Shown here one piece after another: positions 53,501 through 63,400 of a stretch of 63,762 nt of DNA. Origin of the DNA: Glycera tridactyla (lineage: Eukaryota); NCBI GenBank assembly GCA_965644265.1, contig OZ286476.1:20336001-20399762 (forward strand), written 5' to 3'. The position numbers were made by a program, and so were the translations under genes. The notes beneath the pieces were generated by a model. The model ran no database searches, was not told the DNA's origin, and saw only the letters and a list, made by a program, of their open reading frames with translations. Positions within the stretch are counted from its first letter, which is position 1; every line of letters starts with the position of its first letter.

Positions 53501-56500
53501 TAGAGGTTTATGGAAGATTAACTGTTAAAAATGAGATTTGTTCCCTTTTCACAGATGTTCCAAGTGCACCAGATCGTTTCCGTCCTACCAAGGTTACAGA
53601 GAACACAGTGTCTTTGGTATGGGAGGAGCCAGTTGATGATGGTGGCAGCGTGATCACTGGATACAAAATGGAGAGACGTGAGGCCAGCAAGCGTAACTGG
53701 ATTTCTGTTGGTAACTTCACCGAGATGGAGACCACAGTCACTGGATTAACGGAGAACCTTCCATACCTATTCCGTGTTGCTGCTGAGAATGAGATCGGCA
53801 TGGGACCATTTGTAGAGCTCTCAGAACCCGTCACACCAAAGAGCCAGCACAGTAAGTGAACCTGATTGAGTATTGTTTAATGTCCTATCATTTACCACCA
53901 GTCCAAAAGCAGATGCATGTGGACCATGAAGTGATTGGTAAAATTGTACAGTGAGTTCAGCTCAGCTCACAAAAGCTAATGTTCACCAAGTTGTCTGCCA
54001 GTTTTGTAACTTAGTTGAAGCAACCTCAACAAAACATCAACCACAAGCATCATGGCAAACCATAAATTCTGTTAGCAGCACATGTCTTGTGAAGGTAACC
54101 ACTGCCATCTGATGGCATATGAATTCATTGATGATGTAAATTGATATTGGTGAGACTGAGCAATTGAATATGAATAACGCATGCTTCAGCTTCCTATCCG
54201 CAAGGACTCTGCTAACATTGAAACCATTTGAGAAATGGTTTTGAGAGAGGGGCATTATGTTTTTGAATCGACCCTGGTGTGGGTGGGTGGGTGTGTGGGT
54301 GGCTGGGTGGGTGAATAATGGTTTCCGACCGATAACTCAAAAAGTTTCAGGGCTGATCTTTTCAAACTTGGGATACAGACTCCCTGGGGAATGGCAAGAC
54401 ACCTATTGATTTCGGGGCGGTCATCTTGAATTTCAAAGTCACTGAGTGCAAAAAGGTCAAAACCATTTCCGACCAATAACTTTAAAAGTTTCAGGGCTAG
54501 CTTTCTCAAACTTAGTGAACAGAATTCCCTGGGGTCTGGTAAGACACCTATCGATTTGGGGGTGGCCATCTTGAATTTCAAGGTCACTAAGTGCAAAAAG
54601 GTCAAAATGGTTTCTGACCAATGACTTGAAGAGTTTCAGGGTGAACCTTCTCAAATTTCATGAACAGACTCCCCTAGGGTCTATCAAAACAGCTATCGAT
54701 TTTTGAGTGGCCATCTTGAATTTCAAGGTCACTGAGTGCAAAAAGGTCAAAACCATTTCTGACCAATAACTTGAAAAGTTTCAGAGCTAGCTTTCCCAAA
54801 TTTGGTGTGCAGACTCCCCCAGGTTCTGGTAAGAATCCCATCGATTTTGAGGCGGCCATCTTTAATTTCAAGGTCACTAAGTGCAAAAAGGTCAAAATGG
54901 TTTCGAACCTATAAATCAAAAAGTTTCAGGGCTAATCTTTTCAAACTTGGTATACAGTCTCTCCTGGGGTATGGCAAGAAATCTATATATTTTGGGGCAG
55001 CCATCTTGAATTTCAAGGTCACTGAGTGTGGAAAAGGTATTAGTTTTGTTCTATTTCACTTCTTTCGTTCCACCTTCCTGAGACAAGCATGCACTCAGCG
55101 GGGCATTCACACTTACTGAGTGCATCTATTTTTTGGGGGAAATTTTGAATGAGCTATCAGAAAATTGCTATATGAAGCACCTTCGATACTATATCATGGC
55201 ATGTATGACTGTTGAAAGAATGTGACCATTGGTCTGTGTACAACTGTTATTTCAATGACCGATTGTTTTCTGTAACAGACCCACCAGGTGCTCCTGAAGA
55301 ACCAACTGTCTCTGATGGGATGAAATCAAGCTGCGTTCTAACATGGAAACCACCAACAGATGATGGTGGCACCCCAGTCACCGGCTACTTCATTGAGCGT
55401 CGGTTGACCTCATCTTCCCGCTGGGTCAAGGTGAACAAGGATGCGGTCACAGAATTGACTCTGAAGGTCAAAGACCTGATTGAGGACAATGAATACGAAT
55501 TCCGTATCTATGCTGTCAACAAGATTGGTGAAGGTCCACCTAGCTCACCAACAGCACCATTCAAGGCTAGAGACCCATGGGGTGAGTCATCATCTGTTGA
55601 ATGACTGTATAGCATTGTTTGGTATAAGTTTTGGTGAACTCCTCTAGGGTTTTTCATGTTGCCTAATTGTTCATTCTGAGATGAAGCAGACTTGAGCCTA
55701 TTGCTCAACATTCGCATGGCGGCTACGTTCATTATTGATTGACTACTTCAATGGTTTAGAGAAGTAGCCCTGCCATCTCATCTGAAAATGTAGTGTAATA
55801 ATTGCAGCCATTTCATGAAAAGAGAAGGATGCAAGTGAAAATTTGTCATCCCATATCTATGTACATATAATCACCAGAAACCATTACCTATTTGAAGGTA
55901 GTAATGCTAGTTGAGTCACATAGCTACATGTATTCTATCAAACCTTTAAAAGATATTAAAGCATTCTGAACAGTAAATTCTGAATTAAGAGAATTCAATC
56001 TTATGTTCTTTTACACAGACAAACCTGGTAAGCCAGATCCACCAGTGATTGCCAAGACAACCAATGGTACAATCACCCTCAAGTACAAGCCACCAGAGGA
56101 TGATGGCGGTGCTGAGATCTTCAACTACGTCATCGAGTACCTTGCAGAAGGTGCATTCAAGTGGATTCAAGCTAACAGGGAGAACGTCGCTGACTTGACC
56201 TATACCATCCGTAATCTTGATCAAGACACAATGTATGAGTTCCGTATTGCTGCTGAGAACAAGGCTGGTGTTGGACCACCATCCGACAAATCGAAAGCAG
56301 TTCCTGCTCGAGAAATAATTGGTGAGCATGTTGTAAACAAATGCTATGAATATTGCAACATTTGCGTCATAACATGATTTTTATTTCTGTATTATCCATG
56401 GCTTGCCACAACAAACTAGTCAAAGTCTGGCTCATTGCCAGATTGGTTATTTCAAAGAAACATATAAAGAATTCCGAGAAGATCAGTGAATCACTCGGAC

Positions 56501-57414
56501 AATTGACTAACATGATCATCATAGAGAAAGTTCCATTGATAGCTTGGGCATGTTTGGCTCAATTTCAGCATGGAATGTTTGGCATAAATTTTGATAATAG
56601 GGTTGGTTCAAATTGTGGGAATACTTTCAATCCCATGATGTATGACACATTTTTTATTCATTACCCAGAAGTAATATTTGAGAAAGTCCATGAAACTGAC
56701 ACGATATAATGACTTCAGGTCTATGATGGATATCTAATTTTGTTATTCAGATGGCAGTCCACCCAAGGTGATTGAAGACCTGCAGGATGTCCTGACACTT
56801 GCCCCTGCCAATACAAAGCTGGAGTGTGAGATCGATGGTGGCAAGCCATTGGCCAGTGTGAGTTGGTACCGTGATGGACGTGAGGTCTATGCTGGTGATC
56901 GCTACACCACATCTTACTCTGATGATTCTGCTGTCCTCACCATCAAGGAGACAGTACTGACTGATGCTGGTGTCTACAAGTGTGAGGCCGTCAACAAACT
57001 TGGACGTTGTGACACTACTTGCCACCTCACCGTACAAAGTGAGTAATGAATCAATTAGAATATTTTGTCAACAAAGAGATGTAAGCTGTGTTCATCATAC
57101 ACTATTATACTCCATGATAAGAAGTTTTGATAGTGCATAATCAGGGTGCAGAGATCATATGTATAAAATTGGCATCATTAACTTTGTCTATTTGTCTGCA
57201 CTGCTCTATATCTCCCCCTCTTTCCCTTTGTATATTAGTACAGTATTATCTTTCAGTCCAGAATGATCATTTGATGGCAAGAAAATGTTGAATTACACTC
57301 AATCGATCAATCTACCAATCAATCAATCAATCAATATCTTTATTTTTGTCCGGCTGTCAGTCTCTCTCTCTCACACTAACACACCCACACACAATGCATG
57401 CATGCGAGCACACA

Positions 57415-57476
<62 letters not shown>

Positions 57477-60400
57477 TCTCCATGAAGACAAATAACTATA
57501 TATGACTTTTGGCTTGAATTTTTCAGGTAAACCAGTCATCACATATGATGCTGCCCTCAAGGAAGGTGTCTCACTGAAGGCAGGTGCCTCTCTCATTCTG
57601 ATGGTGAACATCAGTGGCGAGCCACAGCCTCGTGCCTCCTGGTTCCTTGGTGATGAACAGCTATATGATGGATCAGAGGGAGTCACCATCGAATCTGGTG
57701 CTGACTTCTCACGTCTGACCATCAAACCGGTACGAGGGCAACACAGCGGAGTGTTCAAGGTTGTTGCTGAGAACAAACATGGCAGTGATGAGGCCACATT
57801 CAATGCCACAATCATTGGTGAGTCTTCCAATTAATCTCTGTCCCAGATCTACATTTTGTAACACCAATATGTATTTCAGTGATTTGTGTTATTAGGATGC
57901 AAATTTTTCCATGCGCAGAAGCTGAAGTAATTTGCCCTCACAGTCAGTTGCGATGAATAGAAGCTAGGTAACATTGCATGTGGGGTTGTGCTCAAACCAT
58001 TTCCAATGTGCTAATGTGAAACGTATGACATTGATTTCCCATTATCATGAATATATAGCAGGAAATGGAGGACCCAGTTACAGCATGATAGTAAAAAATA
58101 TGCACATTCACCCACATGGCCAATTGATCAAATGGTCCAAAATTTCTTTAACATACATTGGCAACAACATTCTGTTATGTTTCAATTGTCCATGAATTGT
58201 AAAAATGTTTATTCATTTTCCCATCAGATGCATCAGAGGAAATTGTGATTCCTCCTGTCGATTCCCTGGTTATAACTACTGAGCTTATTTGGTAATCAAG
58301 CCTAAGTGTCCGAATAGATGTCAATCTAAGATATGGATGTATGGTGTATAATGTATGCTATCATTGATTTTTTCAGACCGCCCATCCGTGCCTCTGAATC
58401 CACACCATACCGAGGTCTACAAGGATTACATCACCATCGCCTGGGAGACACCCAAGTCTGATGGTGGCTCACCAATTACCGGTTACATTGTTGAGAAGCG
58501 TGACATCAAGAAATCATCCTGGGTGAACGCAGGAAATGTTGATGCCTCAACGCTGACCCTGAAGTGTACTCGTCTTGTTGAAGGCAATGAGTATCTGTTC
58601 CGAGTTTATGCTGAAAATAAAATTGGACAGAGTGATCCTGCCGAGACTACAGAACCAGTCAAGGCACGCCTTCCATTTGGTAAGTGGAATTGCTTTTCTG
58701 ATGATTGGTAATTGAGTTGTTTCCTGAGTTACAGTTCACTACTTCAAGATTGGTGGCAATTTTTTTTATCTCACTCATGTGCCATGGAAACATTAGAGTA
58801 CTCTCCCCGGAGACAGTTTCATCCCTCATATACCACTCGTCAGCCAAATGTGTTGATTTAAGATTGTTGACAACTTGTCAGTCAAAATAGTGGACCCCTT
58901 GCCAACACAAGAATGTGAAAGTAAAACTCTGAGGCTCATTTGTGGATTATTGACAATTTGTATGGTCTCCATTGCTGAGTTGTGGACCTTCTATGATGAC
59001 TTTCATATCATTCAAGATAGTGGATTGACCATATTCATTTCAGTTGATTACAATCTCAAATGCAGTACATTCATATTATCCACCACATAAGGTCCTGAAA
59101 CCACTAAACTTGTAATGTATTGCCATCTTTGTGGAGCGATTACAAAGCACTTATTCCTAATCACCCCAGTTAAATACTTCTTTTATATTTGCAGACCCAC
59201 CAAATCCACCCAGGAATGTCCGTGTGAAGGATGTAACAAAGACATCATGCACTCTGACTTGGGAAGTTCCCGACTTTGATGGTGGCTCTCCAATCACTGG
59301 CTATTATGTGGAGAAGTTCTCTGGAACCCGCTGGATCAAGGTCAACAAGAAGCCAATGAAGAAACTCATCATGGAATTCGATGACCTCATTGAGTTGTCT
59401 GAATATGAGTTCCGTGTAATTGCTGAGAATGATGCTGGTCAGAGCAAGCCGTCAGATGGCTGCGGCCAGTTCAAGGCTAAAGATCCATTTGATCCACCAG
59501 GTCGCCCAGATGCCCCAGAACCCGAGATGGCCAAGGACAGTGCTAAGGTGACATGGAAGCCACCACAGAGCGATGGTGGAGCACCCATCACAAACTACAT
59601 TGTAGAGATGCGCCGCACCGGTGATGTGAAGTGGGTTGTATGTAACAAGAAGGAGAAGGTGACTGACTTGGAATTCACAGTAACTGGATTGGTTGAGGAG
59701 ACTGAATATGAGTTCAGGATCACAGCTGAGAACAAAGCTGGACCAGGTCAACCATCACCTCCATCCAAACCATCCAAATATGGTAAGCTCCAGGTTTCAA
59801 ATTTTAAGAAATATTAGCACAGAAGCAAGAAAGGATACAAAAACAAAATAGTCAGCATTCCTCACTCTGGTACATATGGAAAAATTGTTTCGGTTCTGTC
59901 TGCCCTACTTCTGTTTGGAATCAGGATTTTGTGTTTTGGTGATCTAAGATCATAGCATAGAATACATATTGACCACCCACATTTCAGGCCCCACCAGCAG
60001 GAAGTTCTTCCCAGCAAACACATAAGATGTGCCAAACTTACTATCAAGTATTCTCTATTTTGAAGCTGTCAAAATGGCTGTGAATCTCTTTCCATCACCG
60101 AAACTTACCCACGCATACACAAATAATTGCTGCAATTTGACACCCTGCAGTCATCAGTTCTCATGATATGCAGGAATTGTCAGATGATACTTGTTCAACT
60201 GTGACCAAAAGCTGCTTATCATCTTTATCTTTATCTGCCTCAATTTTTCAGTGGAGAAAATTACATTCATCCGTGAACTTGAGGAAATCACCATCAAGGA
60301 AGTCTGCAAGACAGTCACATTGGAATGTGAGATTTCCAAGGAAAATCTCACTGTTGACTGGTACAAGGGTGAACGTAAGCTGCGCCGTGACGAGAAGTTT

Positions 60401-63400
60401 GACATCAAGATTGAGGGCAAGGTTCACAAGCTGATTATCGAGAAATGTGATGTAGATGACTGTGCAACTTACAGTGCTACCTACAAGAAGCTCACTACAT
60501 CAGGAAAACTGAACCTAGCAATTGCTCCCAAGTTTGAAGCCACCCAGGAGACACGTTACATGAAGGTAAGTTACTCAACCACATTGAAACATGTCAACAC
60601 GGACCATTCTGAATGTTACCAAAGTGTATTTCTTTCGAAAGTGGTAGTATTATATCAGAGGTATATCTTTGACCATATCAAATAGGAAAGCGGTTCGGAG
60701 ATCTCTCATTGTGGGTAGTCTCATCTAGGTCTCTCATGCCAGTATTGGACCATCAACTTTCACTATGCAACAACAGGTAATCTATATGTTAGATCAAAGT
60801 TGAAGCCTGAATATAGTATTTGGAAGACCCAGTTATGTGTTAATTTCTTGTCTTGTATTTTATGTTTTGGAAATGACTAGGATTGTCCACTCCTATTATG
60901 ATATTGGAGAATGGTCTTTTGTTAGTTGAACTGGGCTCTCTGCTGATAATCAGATGGGAGAACAACTCAGTGTATGATGATTTTTGCAGTTGCATGCAGA
61001 ATGATCGTTATTGGCTGGCTACACTATCTACGAATTTGTGTGATGTTCCTTGATTGCAGGTTGGCTCCCATGACAAGATTGAGCTACTCTTCGCTGCAGC
61101 TCCAATGCCTGAGGTTGAGTGGAAGTACAACAATGGCAAGCTGCCTGATGCTCGCCGCTTCCAGACAGACATCATCCTTGGCATGACCTCCATGACCATG
61201 ACCAAACTGAAGCGTTCAGACAAGGGCGACTACGTAGTTACCCTGAAGAACGAACATGGACAGGCATCACTCACTGTCAAACTCATCGTGCAAGGTGAAT
61301 ATGAGAAATTTATTTCAAGCTATTGAGTTCACTTTCCAGCAAATGATGGACAAAATTCACGGAAAGAAATAAGTGGATGACCTGAGTCATATCAGCCATT
61401 ACAATTGCTCAAAGCAAAACAAGGCTGTCTTAGACTTGGTTCATGAGTTACTCTGCATGGCTTTTTGTTCAGCCATCAGTGTTGTTGGAACAATGAAGAG
61501 TCATTTTTGGTTCAGACATATGATGAAAGGCTCTGTTCAGCTCTAGTGAGATTCATCATCTGAGGCTTTTCCTTCCGATATTCCAGTTGACCTTGTTAAG
61601 ACATATGCTCAATTAGTTTTTCCAGAGGAATAGATTTTCCACATGATTGTAAGATTATGGTTGTGATGAAAATCAAAAGCAATGTAGCCCAAACCAATGA
61701 TTGAGGATAATTACCTGTTGTCTTTCAATTTATTATTAGATAAACATGAAGTTGTATTTGTGTGTAGCTATTTTGACTTATAATGCCTTCTGTTTCACAG
61801 ATGTTCCAAGTGAACCAGATCGCTTCCGTGCTACCAAGGTTACAGAGAACACAGTGTCCTTGGTATGGGAGGAGCCAGTTGACGATGGTGGCAGTGCGAT
61901 CACCGGATACAAGATGGAGAGACGTGAGGCCAGCAAGCGTAACTGGATCTCCGTTGGCAGCTTTACCGACATGGAGACCACAGTCACTGGACTCATCGAG
62001 AATACTCCATACCAATTCCGCATTGCTGCTGAGAATGAGATCGGCATGGGACCATTTGCTGAACTTGCTGAACCTGTCACTCCAAAGAGCCAGCATAGTA
62101 AGTGGACCTATATCATCCATCACCACTTCTTCAGTAGCTGCATTTGAACCTTAAACTGTTTGTTCTAAGAGATACTTCTTCATTGTTCTAGATATTTCAA
62201 CATTTATATCAAGGTGAAAATACCACTCCTGAGCCTGCAGGCTGTTCAGTTTGACTAACAGAGAGAATGTTAGCAAAGTCTTCTACCAAATATTGTTCAT
62301 CTGAGGTTCGACACAATGTATGGGGACGTGATTTCTGTTACAAAATGTTAGTGACCATTAGTTGCTAGTCAACAGCCTGCTGGAGTCAAGATTTTAAAAC
62401 ATTTTGTTTGATGTGAAAATAGCCACATTTGTTGAGTCCATAACTTGCTTATGTACCACCTTTTAAAAATTTCAAAATTCGAGACTGAATTAACATTCAA
62501 GATTCATTCATAAGTATGTTTCGATAAATGGTGATATGCAGATGTATAATACTCCATCTTTTCCATCTGACCAATACAGTTTTGGAACCTAATGGAGTTG
62601 TAATGTGCTTTTTGTTCAGATCCACCAGGACCACCTTCGGCACCAGAAGTGTCTGAGGCTCGCAAGGATGGTTGCGTGTTGACATGGAAAGCACCAGAAG
62701 ACGATGGTGGCACTCCAGTTACTGGGTACATCATTGAACGTGGAACTCCAGGCAGTGCCCGCTGGTTGCGCCTCAACAAAAAGACAGTTGATGAGCTCAC
62801 CTACAAGGTGACTGAGCTGATTGAAGACAACGAGTATATCTTCCGCATCACAGCTGTCAACAAGATTGGTGAGGGACCACCAGGACCAGAGTCTGAACCT
62901 ATGAAGGCTAAGGATCCATGGGGTGAGTTGGATTTCTCTTGCATTTTTCGATGCCAAGTTCAGGTACTTCAGAATTGTCCACTATCTCTCAGTCCTACAC
63001 ATATATCAAAGATGCACCAACTAATTTGAAATTGTTGATGTTTGATCATTCACAATGGACAATCATTCATTTAATGTGGTTTTTCCACAGATTGTTGATA
63101 ATCTGTCCACTAAGTCATGAACTGTGACAAGCCAAATTACCCAACAGATGAATTCAAAGATACCTAATTGCCAGTCATTGTGATTTTGCAATCAGGATTG
63201 CCATTATCATCCTTGCATGATGATATATGCAGGGACAGGAACTGCACAGTGGTAGCAGTAATCGCAACACCCACAGAAGCAGCAGCAGGAGCGACTAGTA
63301 TTCATGTGACCCAAATCCTCACTCACCCAATCGCTGTATGATGTATCTGCTTTTTACCAGGAAGAGAATTTTAGAAATACAGTCCTAATCTATAAACTCT

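Noticed and set aside
54320-55045. CRISPR-like or otherwise novel repeat array
   Set aside because: Contiguous 145-bp monomers with no unique spacers, inside a HINE in a spliceosomal intron.
45148-62126. Minus-strand ORFs such as 45148-45510, 57357-57830 and 61725-62126 as a nested antisense gene
   Set aside because: They coincide with sense exons and recur with each exon copy, so they are antisense shadows of codon bias.
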